Origin: Limnothrix sp. BL-A-16
Lineage (GTDB): Bacteria; Cyanobacteriota; Cyanobacteriia; CACIAM-69d
Direction of reading: 5' to 3'
Length of the DNA stretch: 64,000 nt
Assembly (NCBI GenBank): GCA_041937175.2
Contig: CP166615.1
Coordinates: 1,248,001-1,312,000 of the forward strand
The position numbers were made by a program, and so were the translations under genes. Below the pieces are notes generated by a model. The model made no database searches. It saw nothing but the letters and a program-made list of their open reading frames with translations, and had not been told where the DNA came from. Shown one piece after another: positions 9,848 to 20,200 of the stretch. Each line of letters starts with the position of its first letter. Position 1 is the first letter of the stretch.

Positions 9848-11341
9848 TTAGGAAGTGGATTTGGGATGCCAAACCCCATGGAATCCGAGGTTAATCGGCT
9901 GGGGAAGGGCTAAGCGGGCGATCGGGGCATCATCTAGCCGATCGCTCTGCCAGATGCGCAGGTCGCTGCAATCCCGGTTGCCATCATAAACCACGCTCAG
10001 GATCCAACCTGATCGCCCGTCGCCGGTTGGGTCAGCCGCAAACAATGGCTCAGAAGGATAGCATCCCGATTCTAGGCTGGCATAGGTGATGCGGTCGGTT
10101 TGGGCATCGTGGCGGGCAATTGTGCCGAATTGTTCCTGTTTGAAAGCTGCGGGGCGATCGAGGTCGGGCCGATGGGCCGAAAAGTAGCTGTAGCGGCTGG
10201 GGGAACCAACTTCGCTGGGGGCCACGGTCGGAAAGTCCGAATGGCGATCGAACAGGATTCGTTGATCGAGCAATTGCCGCCGCTGGAGATCGAACCGTAA
10301 TTCCACGTATTGGGATGTTGCGAGGGTGGTGATTTTGCCGCTGGCCACTTCCTTCAGGTGTTGGTTGGTGGCAAAGTCCGGGTAACGCGCCATGGTCAGG
10401 CTGACGGAGCGATCGGGATTTTGCCAACCGTTGCCAAAGTGCCACTGAAACCAAGGCTCCGCTTCAATGGTGGCGGTGAGAGTCAGGGTTTCGCGATCGA
10501 CAAACCAAACCTGGGTGGGGCGATCGCCCTGCCACTTCATCGCATCACTGAAGCATTTGAAGTTCAACAGCGCTGGCAACAGTTCCAAACTCAAGGGCGG
10601 AATGCAAAAAACCAGATAGGGCCCCGCCAAAGCACAATCATGGATCAGGGACAGGGACGGTAGCGGCAGTTGGCGTTGGACCAGGAGGCGACCGGCGCGA
10701 TCGAACCGCAGCAAGTTCAGCTTGGGACGGGGGCCCGGCAACGCTCCAAAGTTATAGATTTCGCCCGTCACTGGATCCACTTTGGGGTGGGCAGAAAAAG
10801 CTTGACCCGGTTTCAGCACCCCATCCAGGGAATCGGGGCCGATCGTGGTCAAGTTGTCTAAATCCAGCGCATGGGGCCAACCCCCTTCCCACAGGGCCAG
10901 CAGTCGATCGCCCCAGGGCAAAACAGAAGTATTAGCCGCATTTTTAAGATCGCGCCCCACCCGTTGCCACCAGGGTTTCGGAGCCAGTTGCCCATAATTG
11001 GCAAACAACCATCGATCGGCTGCTTCTTCCTGTTCATAGGCCGCCGTTTGCACCATCCGATAGGTGGCTCGGGCCTGGGGTGGGCCCTGGGGTTGATCGG
11101 GCGATCGGCCAAAATGCACCGCCAACACCGCCCCATCCCCATCAAACCAATGGCCCGTGGGCTGTCCCGATCGCACCATCCGGCCCGGCCCGTTGCGGTA
11201 AAGCGTGCCTTGCAAATTTTCGGGAATTGCCCCAGCGGTCACCGTCAAGGGAGTGAGCGGAAATTCGATCGCCGGTCGCCGCACGGCCGGCAACCATTGG
11301 GGATCGCGACTCGTCTGAGCTTGCTCTGTTGCCAAAACCAT
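9848..11341 (-). CDS. Carotenoid oxygenase (RPE65/CCD family)
   Basis: GTLYRNGPG, HWFDGDG, FSAHPK, IHD, WHFGN, SEPLF and GFHG (four Fe-ligating His). Confidence 0.93.
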   Translation of the reverse strand: MVLATEQAQTSRDPQWLPAVRRPAIEFPLTPLTVTAGAIPENLQGTLYRNGPGRMVRSGQPTGHWFDGDGAVLAVHFGRSPDQPQGPPQARATYRMVQTAAYEQEEAADRWLFANYGQLAPKPWWQRVGRDLKNAANTSVLPWGDRLLALWEGGWPHALDLDNLTTIGPDSLDGVLKPGQAFSAHPKVDPVTGEIYNFGALPGPRPKLNLLRFDRAGRLLVQRQLPLPSLSLIHDCALAGPYLVFCIPPLSLELLPALLNFKCFSDAMKWQGDRPTQVWFVDRETLTLTATIEAEPWFQWHFGNGWQNPDRSVSLTMARYPDFATNQHLKEVASGKITTLATSQYVELRFDLQRRQLLDQRILFDRHSDFPTVAPSEVGSPSRYSYFSAHRPDLDRPAAFKQEQFGTIARHDAQTDRITYASLESGCYPSEPLFAADPTGDGRSGWILSVVYDGNRDCSDLRIWQSDRLDDAPIARLALPQPINLGFHGVWHPKSTS

Positions 11342-11407
11342 TGATCTTGCAATCTCCTGGCGAATGATGGCCTGTGTTTCGCGGTTCAGCGCTGTCCTAG
11401 CATCAAT

Positions 11408-11450
11408 CTGGGATCAGACTCTGGGATCAGACTCTGGAATGAATCTCAGG
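11408..11450. repeat. Short tandem repeat, 13-bp unit
   Basis: (TCTGGGATCAGAC)x2 plus a degenerate third copy. Confidence 0.65.
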
Positions 11451-11468
11451 AGCGATCGGCAGACGTTC

Positions 11469-11750
11469 CTAAGAAGCCGTTGCGCGATCGTTTTCCACTT
11501 CCACAGGCGGCACGTTGGGTAATGTGCAGCAGTTGACCTGATCTAGGCAAACCTTGCCCCACTGCAACGCCCAGCGCACCAAAGCCACCCGATTTTCGGT
11601 TCTGGTTTTGGTCAAGATATTACTGATGTGGTTATCAACCGTTCGCTTGCTGATCTCTAACTGCTCCGCAATGTCTTGGTTGGTTAAACCAGCAGCCACT
11701 AGCTCAACAATTTGCAGTTCGCGATCGGACAGGGAGATCCAGTTATCCAT
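11469..11750 (-). CDS. pedR: Small LuxR-type HTH redox regulator, PedR-like
   Basis: LSDRELQIVELVAAGLTNQ.IA..LEISKRTVDNHISNIL with C-terminal WGKVCLDQVNCC; start placed at ATG 11750. Confidence 0.82.
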   Translation of the reverse strand: MDNWISLSDRELQIVELVAAGLTNQDIAEQLEISKRTVDNHISNILTKTRTENRVALVRWALQWGKVCLDQVNCCTLPNVPPVEVENDRATAS

Positions 11751-11933
11751 GGGACGGTAAGACTTTCCGTTTGTTGAATCCGTATATTTACTTATTGTCC
11801 CCCAGTTGCTTGCGGCCTGGGGAAACAACAACCGGGCCAAACGCCCCGTTGCTTTAGCAACTCAGATCCCTATGAGTGTACTTGACGATTCTTAACATGC
11901 CCATGGGGCACGAGCCGATCGATCCCAGCGGCC

Positions 11934-12752
11934 CTAAATCCAGCCCCGCAACCAGTAAGCCACCATCCCCACATATTCTTTAATGGCCCGGGTTGTGGCC
12001 CGCAAATTATCCGCATCGGGCAAAAAATTCAATGCGATTCCCTCAGGAGAACTGCGCCGCTCGCGCTCATCTTGATCACTGAAGAGAAAATCCGTGGGAG
12101 CCGCGATCGCCTCAATTCCCAGCTTGCGAAAAATGGCGATCGAGCGGGGCATGTGCATCGCTGAAGTCACCAACAACACCCGCCGCAGCCGTTCTCGCTC
12201 CAAAATTTTCTTCACCTCTTCGGCATTTTGGCGCGTGTTCAAGGAATTGGGATCCTGCAACATGTCCTCGCTCGGAACTCCCATCACCCCCGCCAACTCC
12301 GCCATGGCCGCCGACTCCGGCTGACTGCCCCCACCTCGCCAAGCAACCCGGCCACCACTAAAAATCAGCTTCGGAGCCTTGCGATCGCGATAGAGCTTCA
12401 CCGCATAGAGGGTGCGATCGCCCTCATCGGCCAGATCAATCCAGGGACGAGGTGGCTCCGTGGACTTAATGCCCCCGCCCAAAACCACGATCGCATCGGC
12501 CCGGGGCAGGTCACCGGAGCCGCCCGTTTGTTGCTGAAGCACCAGGGCCCGCGACTCCAGCGATCGGGTCAGGGCCACCGCCACCCACCCATTCGCCGCC
12601 GTCCACAAAATCACCAGCGCCAAGGCCACCGCCCAAGCCGCCCAACGCCCGCGCCGCATTGACAGCAACACCAACGCCGCCACCATCAGAGCGCAAGTTA
12701 GCCCCAGGGGATAGAAAAATAGCGGCAGCAGCTTCGATAAAAACAAAAACAT
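11934..12752 (-). CDS. YdcF/DUF218 family membrane protein
   Basis: AIVVLGGG, LIFSGG, SLNTRQNA, LLVTSAMHMPRS and KEYVG; start could be 12752 or 12791. Confidence 0.9.
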   Translation of the reverse strand: MFLFLSKLLPLFFYPLGLTCALMVAALVLLSMRRGRWAAWAVALALVILWTAANGWVAVALTRSLESRALVLQQQTGGSGDLPRADAIVVLGGGIKSTEPPRPWIDLADEGDRTLYAVKLYRDRKAPKLIFSGGRVAWRGGGSQPESAAMAELAGVMGVPSEDMLQDPNSLNTRQNAEEVKKILERERLRRVLLVTSAMHMPRSIAIFRKLGIEAIAAPTDFLFSDQDERERRSSPEGIALNFLPDADNLRATTRAIKEYVGMVAYWLRGWI

Positions 12753-13325
12753 GGGCAGCGATGGCAAGGGCGAAAACAAGGACGAAAGCATAGTTCATCA
12801 TTCATAATCCGCCTTTGCTTGTCAATCGCCGTTTCAGCTTCTAATCCAGAACAAGGCAACGAAATTAACGAGTGATTTTTAAAGATTCGGCACAAAATTC
12901 AAAGTAATTCCCAAAAGGGTATTTAACCTAAAAACCACTGAAGCGAGTTGAATCTTAATTGTTGATTGATTTTTGATCGATTTTCAGTAAAACTTAAAAT
13001 TCAGATTAAATTCTTGATCGCCTATCATCGAAATTGTCAAAAATATTTAGAAAATCATTAATTAAGCAAAAAGCACTAAGCGTCAATCAATTCACAATTG
13101 CATGGATCAAAATGCTTAACACGGGCTTAACCGTTCATTGAATAGAAATTAAATGAAAATCAAGCCAGTCGATTCAGTGAAATTCAAGCTATAATTATTG
13201 CCGATTATTTTCGGCCAATCACTTTTGATTGGTTTTAATCGCGCTCAGAGTAATTAAGATTACCCTTTTAATCGGTTTTCAGAATTAGTCTGCTGGATTG
13301 GCTCAATGAATTGAAATGGGATCCT

Positions 13326-13913
13326 ATGCAAACATCGATGACCTTGCCGGAACCGATAACCTTTGAAGCGGCGATCGAGCTAACGCAAGAATGGCTCGAT
13401 CGCTGGGCTACTGGATTCTGGACAACAGCAGAATTTGCAACGGCGGCAGCTCAGTTAGTCGCCAATGTGGCCGGGGCCCGTGGTTTTTTTGTGGTCTATT
13501 TGACCGACGAGCGATCGATTGTGGATCCTGCGCCGGAAGCCCTTGTGGTCACCCTTGCTCAATCGCCAGACCAGGTGTTGGAACTTTTGGTGAAAAACCT
13601 GGCCATGGCGGCGGCCATGGTGGTGATTCACGAGCGATCGGGCGATGGGGCCATGGCTGACCAATCTCGCCGCACCAGCCGCCGATCGGGCAACCTGCTT
13701 CAACAACTGGATCAGTATTTCGCCGCCCATCCGATTCTCCTGGCAAAAGCCGCCAGCCCCTCTATTACAGAACTGTTGCATCAACTCCGAACCGCAGCCA
13801 CCGAGCAAACCGGGCCCTTCGCTGACTTCCTGGAACGGTGGGGCTATGACGATTTGCAACGGCGGGCGATCGTGCGGGCGATCGAGCATGTGGGTGTGCA
13901 ACCGGGTCGCTAG
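13326..13913 (+). CDS. Conserved cyanobacterial hypothetical protein
   Basis: ITFEAAI..TQ, GARGFFV.YLT, LLVKNLAM and FLERWGYD..Q motifs. Confidence 0.75.
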   Translation: MQTSMTLPEPITFEAAIELTQEWLDRWATGFWTTAEFATAAAQLVANVAGARGFFVVYLTDERSIVDPAPEALVVTLAQSPDQVLELLVKNLAMAAAMVVIHERSGDGAMADQSRRTSRRSGNLLQQLDQYFAAHPILLAKAASPSITELLHQLRTAATEQTGPFADFLERWGYDDLQRRAIVRAIEHVGVQPGR

Positions 13914-14062
13914 ATCAACGGCCAAGCGTTTTCGATCAAAAATCCACTCAGCCACTCAACCAGCGGGAAAATTTATCCCCGATCGTCGCGCTCATCTGGG
14001 GCCTGGGGGCGATCGGTCTCGATCGCTCAAATCCTCAACCCGACGGGAGAACCCCATTGAGG

Positions 14063-14082
14063 CAAGGGGCTTCAACCCCTTG
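14063..14082 (-). repeat. Variant solo copy of the 20-bp palindrome
   Basis: CAAGGGGCTTCAACCCCTTG followed by TCTTC. Confidence 0.75.
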
Positions 14083-14269
14083 TCTTCATTAAATTTCAAG
14101 CGCTATTACCGATACTGATGCCAACACTCAAACTTTGAGATTAACTTTGGAATTAATTTTGGAATTATTGTGCCCGTTGTTACCAGGTTTACCTTGTTTA
14201 CCCTTGCCTGGAACTTCCAATGTAACTCCGTAGAATTGCTTTTCTTTTGGGTGCTTTTTTTAACTCAAC

Positions 14270-14491
14270 ACTTGGAGGATGCTTGGAAAGTATCTTTCGG
14301 CCCGTGCCAAGCACCAATAGTTGTGGAAGGGGCTTAAGCCCCTTGCCTACGTCGATACTTGGAGGATGTTTGGAAAGTATCTTTCGGCCCGTGCCAAGCA
14401 CCAATAGTTGTGGAAGGGGCTTAAGCCCCTTGTCTACGTCGATCACTGGAGCGGACAGAGTAGCAATTTTGGCTTTTCAGACATTCCCTTA
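14270..14491 (-). mobile_element. Diverged family-1 MITE (about 14362-14488) plus an 87-bp tandem duplicate of its palindrome and right end
   Basis: Ends GAGGATGTTTGGAAAG and CTTTTCAGACATTCCC+TTA. Units start at 14270 and 14357; palindromes at 14327-14345 and 14414-14432. Confidence 0.8.
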
Positions 14492-14825
14492 GACTAATTA
14501 GCTTTTATTTTCTAATTGATTATTTAGAATAATCGATCCTCGAAATCCATGACAAGCTCCAAAAAATAATTCGATGGGTAACCGAAAGTTATAAGATGCA
14601 AGGCTACCGACGGTAAAACACAGCCTCCACAGTCAAAAATCATTTTGATAATCTCTATCCACACCTTGGTGAATATTTGCGATTCATCAGTCAACTCATT
14701 CACAAATCAACCCATTCACAAGTAAAGGCATCACAAGTCAGCTTAAAAAGCAATGGAGATCTCCCTGAAATTTCATTGGGCGATCGCTATATCTGTGATT
14801 TTTGCTTAACGAAAGTTCAAAATCA

Positions 14826-16658
14826 ATGACACAAGAAACGATCGTGACCCGAAGCAAACAACCTTGGGGTAATCGTTGGCTCGCGTGGATTCTGGCCATG
14901 CTGGTTGGTGTGGGGGTTATTCTCCGATTTAGCCATCTCGAAACCAAAGTGTATTGGGGTGATGAAGTATTCACCTCCTTTCGGATTGCGGGCTACACCC
15001 TTGCGGAAGTCAACAGGGAACTGCTGGATGAGCGCCCCCGCACCGTGGCTGAACTGCAAGCCACCTATCAGCAACCCCATGGGCAGCGATCGATGAATGA
15101 CACCATTCGATCGCTCGCGGAAGATGATCCTCAACATCCCCCTTTTTTCTATGTATTCGCCAGGGTTTGGGAGCAAATTTTAGGCAGTGAATTGGGCACA
15201 AAACGAGCTTTTGCAGCCCTTTGTAGCCTATTGCTCATTCCCGCATCGGCCGGCATTGCGGTGGAGTTGTTTGGTAGTCCGTTGGCTGGCTGGATTGCGG
15301 CGGCCATGGTTTCCCTGTCGCCATTTCACTTACTCTATGCCCAAGAAATGCGGGAATATGGCCTTTGGGCGGCCATGATTGCTCTCACCGGTTGGCTGCT
15401 GTTGCGGGCACTCAGAACGGGTGGCATTTGGGCTTGGGTTGGGTGGAGTTTATCGCTCACCCTGTTGCTCTATACCCATCTGTTTTCAGTCCTAATTGCT
15501 GGGGGATATTGCTTGGTTGCGGCCTATTGGCTCTGGCGATCGAGTCAGGCAGTTCCGGCAGATCAATTGACTCTCACGAGATCATCTTCTGCGGCTAATC
15601 AATCCGCAATAACCGAGCCAGTTGCTCCGGCAGATTCTCCCCCAGCTTCGCTGCTCAGGCAATGGCAATTCTTTGGAATCAGTACCCTCAGTGCTGGTGT
15701 TTTATTTTTGCCTTGGATCATTGCCACTCTCCAAAACCTCAGCACCATTTCCCGCACCAACGGATTCACCGCCCAAGCCGTTCCTTTTAGCACGTTGCTT
15801 TATAACTGGTGGCTGAATCTGGCCCGGCCATTTGCAGATTGGGAGCCAACAGGACAGATTTTGAGCAACCCGATCGCGGCGCAGGGAATTGTCTTGGGTA
15901 TTGCCATTTTAGTGGCCATTAGTTTTTGGAACTTAGCTTATCGTCAACCGCTTTTAAGTCGATTGTTATTGTGGGCCATGATGGGATCACAGGGCTTGGC
16001 ATTGGTGATTTTAGACCTCAGTCAAGGAGGATTTCGATCGACCATTATTCGCTACCTTGCGCCTTGTTATTTGGGCTTGCAACTGACCATCACGGGTTAT
16101 TTATCAACGCTGCTGTTGCCAAACGCCATTCCCGATCGCCCTGCCCAACGCACTAATAGTTCATCCAAATTTTTGTTCATCAAGCAGAGCATTGATCAGA
16201 ACATTCATCACATTCATCGGCGGCTCATTGCCTATAGTCTTTTGGGTGTTCTTTTGATTGCGAGCGGCAGTTCTTGCGCCATGATTCTACCTGCCAATAC
16301 TTGGTGGAACAAACAAGGGAGCTATGCAATTCCTCGCTTGGCTCAAGTCATCGAGCGCTATGAATCACCTTGGGTTATTGCTTACGACACCATGCCGCGA
16401 ATGTTCTCCCTCAGCTATCACCTCAATTCTCGAGTCGTGATGCAATTTATACATGCTCAATCACCTGTGAATGTGCCATCCAATTATGATCTTCTGTTGT
16501 TTCGCAGTTCCCTTGAGGTGCGCGATCGACTGCAACGTTCTGGTTGGCAGGTCGATCGCCAATTTCAAACCAACACCATCTATCCCTATCTATCTCCCCT
16601 GGACGAACAAGCTCAACTTTGGCTGGATTCGGCGCAGCGCAATTCCCTGCTTCCTTGA
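14826..16658 (+). CDS. GT-C fold membrane glycosyltransferase (GT39/PMT-like)
   Basis: VYWGDE, DPQHPPFFY, SPFHLLYAQEMREYGL and LYTHLF motifs; many transmembrane segments. Confidence 0.88.
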   Translation: MTQETIVTRSKQPWGNRWLAWILAMLVGVGVILRFSHLETKVYWGDEVFTSFRIAGYTLAEVNRELLDERPRTVAELQATYQQPHGQRSMNDTIRSLAEDDPQHPPFFYVFARVWEQILGSELGTKRAFAALCSLLLIPASAGIAVELFGSPLAGWIAAAMVSLSPFHLLYAQEMREYGLWAAMIALTGWLLLRALRTGGIWAWVGWSLSLTLLLYTHLFSVLIAGGYCLVAAYWLWRSSQAVPADQLTLTRSSSAANQSAITEPVAPADSPPASLLRQWQFFGISTLSAGVLFLPWIIATLQNLSTISRTNGFTAQAVPFSTLLYNWWLNLARPFADWEPTGQILSNPIAAQGIVLGIAILVAISFWNLAYRQPLLSRLLLWAMMGSQGLALVILDLSQGGFRSTIIRYLAPCYLGLQLTITGYLSTLLLPNAIPDRPAQRTNSSSKFLFIKQSIDQNIHHIHRRLIAYSLLGVLLIASGSSCAMILPANTWWNKQGSYAIPRLAQVIERYESPWVIAYDTMPRMFSLSYHLNSRVVMQFIHAQSPVNVPSNYDLLLFRSSLEVRDRLQRSGWQVDRQFQTNTIYPYLSPLDEQAQLWLDSAQRNSLLP

Positions 16659-17290
16659 ACGGGCCTTCAACTGACCAAACCTCGATTGGGCGCAGTCAAA
16701 CTCGATCAGTCTCAATGAATCTCGATCCATTCCAACTCATCCAGCCAAGTCGAAATTCATTGGGATTGATCCAACCCAGCCGTATCAGGTTAAGGGGAAC
16801 TTTACCGGATTCGGTCTGTGTCGCCTGTCTAGTTAGTTATCAGTAATTTTGAGGGATAATGAGACCCAGAGGGGTGAATGAGTGCTAGAACAAATTTAGG
16901 TTGTTGCAGGAATTTTCCATGCGATCGACCATCGTCTAGCCCGTAATGGAGAAAGCAACAAGTTTGTTCTTCGTCTTCGCCAATTCGGATCACCCTCGAA
17001 TTTAATTGCTTCGTAATGTATAAAAAAGCTCTTTGCTATCACGGAAATAACAGTTAAATGGAAATTAATAGGCATTTCAGCAAAATCATCAGTGAGAATT
17101 GATACAACTCGTTCGTCCTAGATTTGCAGCACCCTTGGGCAGCTCCAATCGGCAGCAGCACATCCAGCAAAAAATCGGTGAAAAAGCTTAAACTTCAAAT
17201 GACGGTGATCGGGTCATTTTCTTAAAGATAGTAAGGCGCTGATAGTTGCATAAGCTTTCAAAGAATTAAGCCTCCAAGGAATTAGTCGTC

Positions 17291-20200
17291 ATGAAGCCTG
17301 TTCTTAGCTTGCTATTGTTTCAAGCCTCAGATGAGGATGTCTTATCGATTATTCGAGAACTCTATCATCATCACTTTAATTTAAGCTGGAAGTGGGTTAA
17401 AAATACCAAGCAATTACAAATTGCGTTGGCAAAGCAATCATGGGATTTAATTATCTCTAATCATCACGATACTGGATTAAGTGCCTTTGATGTTCTCAAA
17501 ATTCTGCAGTCATCCAAACGTGATATACCGCTGATTGTTATTTCAGAGGCGATCGAGGATAGTCTAGCTGTTGACCTCATGCAGGCGGGCGCGGTGGACT
17601 GTTTTGTTAAGGGCAATACAACCCGCCTCCCGGAAGTGATCCGTCGCGAAATTCGTGAGGCTCAAATTCGCAGAGAACAACGCTTAGGGGCATCCCAATT
17701 AGAGGCAGTGCAAGAGCGGTTGCAATTGGCGATCGAAAGTTCTGGATTGGGATTGTGGGATTGGTTTATCGATCGCGGCGAGGTCACCCTCAACGAACGT
17801 TGGGCTGACATGATTGGCTATACCCTCGAAGAACTAGCCCCTATTCAATTAGGAACCTGGCAAAAATACACCCATCCTGAAGATTGGCCGAAGGCGGTCT
17901 CAGCGCTGGATAGCCATTTTCAGAACCAAACCAGCGCCTATGAATGTGAATTGCGAATGCGCCATCGATCAGGGCACTGGGTTTGGGTGTTGGCAAGGGG
18001 CAAAGTTGTTGAGCGCGACGCAACGGGCCGCCCTCTGCGGATCACAGGGACGCATCTAGATATCACGGAGCGCAAAGAATCTGAATCCTTGCTCAGCAAA
18101 CGGGAGCGCTACCTAACCGCAATTGTTGAAATCCAAAAGCAACTTTTATCCAACCATACGGATCAGAATATCTATCAAACAATTTTGGAAATTTTGGGAC
18201 CCATTGCCGGAGCTGATCGGATCTATGTGTTTGAAAAGCATCAGGATCGGTTTGGGAACTCTCTCATTAGCCAACATGGGGAATGGTGTCGCCCTGGCAT
18301 TCAATCTCAGCTTAGCAATCCCCAATTTCAGAATTTGCGTTGCCATCCTGAATCAAGCTATTGCCTTGCTCGGTTGACTCAAGGCCAGTTAATTAACAGC
18401 TTAGTTTCCGATGTTTCAATGTCGGAATTCCAGGCTTTAATTGCACCAGAGGTGGCAGCGGTTTTGATGCTGCCCTTGATGGTGGGTGGTCAATTTTTTG
18501 GGTTTATTGGGTTCGATCGCGTCACTCCAGATCTGTGGGATGCGATCGAAATTAATCCCCTCAGTTCCGTTGCGGCAGCGATCGCCCTGTTCAAGGAACG
18601 GGAACTGGCGGTGCGAGCCTTGGCACGCTTAAACCAAGAGCTAGAGGAGCGAGTGGAGCAGCGAACCGCCGCCTTGCAAGATAGCGAAGCCCGGCTACAG
18701 GCAATTATTGATTTTGCACCCGCTGTTATTTATGTTAAGGATCTTCAGGGTCGCCACACCTTGGTTAATCGATCATTTTTGAAGTTTTTTGGCTGCACTA
18801 AGCGCGAGATCTTAGGCAACACCAACCAAGATCTTTTTGAGCCGGAATTAGCTAAAATTCTAGATGCAAATGATAATGAAGTTTATCGGCTTGGTCGTTT
18901 TCAGCAATATGAAGAAGAGGTAGAGATTAATAGCAGATTCTACACGTTTTTGTCTAATAAATTTCTGTTGCTCGATCGAGACTGGCAGCCCTACGGCCTT
19001 TGTGGCATCTCGGTCAATATCACATCTCGCAAAGAAGCTGAAAAAGCCATTCAGCGACAACTGGCAATGATGGAAGCGGCCATTGATGGCATTGCCCTGA
19101 TCGAAAATGGTCAGTTGACCTATGCGAACCAAGCCCATGCCAATTTGCTTGGTTTTGATCAGGTTGAAGAACTTATCGGTCAGCCTTGGCAAGAGTTCTA
19201 TGCCCCTCTGGAAACTGAACGATTTGAGCAGCATATTTTGCCCCAGCTCCAGCGTGATCGCTCTTGGCAAGGAGAGGCGATCGCCCGGCGTAAGGATGGC
19301 AGCACATTCTATGAAGGGCTGTCCCTCACATTGTCTGAAGATGGCACTTTAATTTGCGTCTGTCGGGATATTAGCCATCAGAAACACACAGAGGCACAAC
19401 TAACTAGTCTTTCTAATCGTTTAGCTTTGGCGTTGCAATCGGCAGCGATCGGGACATGGGAATGGAACTTTCAAGATGAAGTTCAGTGGGATTCGCGCAT
19501 TCGTGAAATTTATGGCTGGCATAACTCCGATCGCGATCCCACTTACCAAGATTGGCTGAGCTGCTTACATCCAGAAGATGCCATGGCGATGGAAGCCTTG
19601 AGGCAGTCCATCATGAATCACCAAGGGGAATTAAACCTAGAGCTGCGCATTAATCGCCCCAATGGAGAACAACGGTTTGTGCAATGCTTTGCGATCATTG
19701 AGCGCGACACTAACCATCAACCTTTGCGGATGGTTGGAGTTAACTATGACATTACTGAACATAAACAAGCAGAGCATGAAAATCAATCGCTGAAGGAACG
19801 ATTGGAATTTGTGCTTTCATCCAACCCAGCCATTATTTACACTTGTCAGCTAGGGGAAAATTATCGATTTACCTTTGTTAGCCGTAACATTGAATCGATT
19901 TTGGGCTATCCCAAAGAAGCGTTTTTGCATAATCATGCCTTTTGGCTAGAGCATATTCACCCAGAAGACTTAACCTATGCTCTTGACAACCTACATAATT
20001 TAAACGACCTGAAACATCATGTTTGCGAATATCGGTTCTTGAAGAGTAATGGCGATTATTGTTGGCTGCATGATGAGTTTCGGGTGGTTTACGATACCCA
20101 AGGTAAACCCCTAGAACTGGTGGGCTACTTTGCCGATATTAGCGATCGCAAGGATACCGAAGAAGCCCTCAAACAAACCAATGCGCAATTGGAGCGGGCC

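Noticed and set aside
14198..14492. Short ORFs containing DKGLKPL or GARGLSPL (also 9207-9518, 21445-21998, 29283-29522, 49241-49588, 55368-55624)
   Set aside because: They are translations of the MITE and palindrome repeats, with no independent coding evidence
16860..16890. CIRCE operator (GAGTGCTAG half-site), considered because hrcA is in the window
   Set aside because: The left arm TTAGCACTC is absent, and no CIRCE was seen upstream of hrcA
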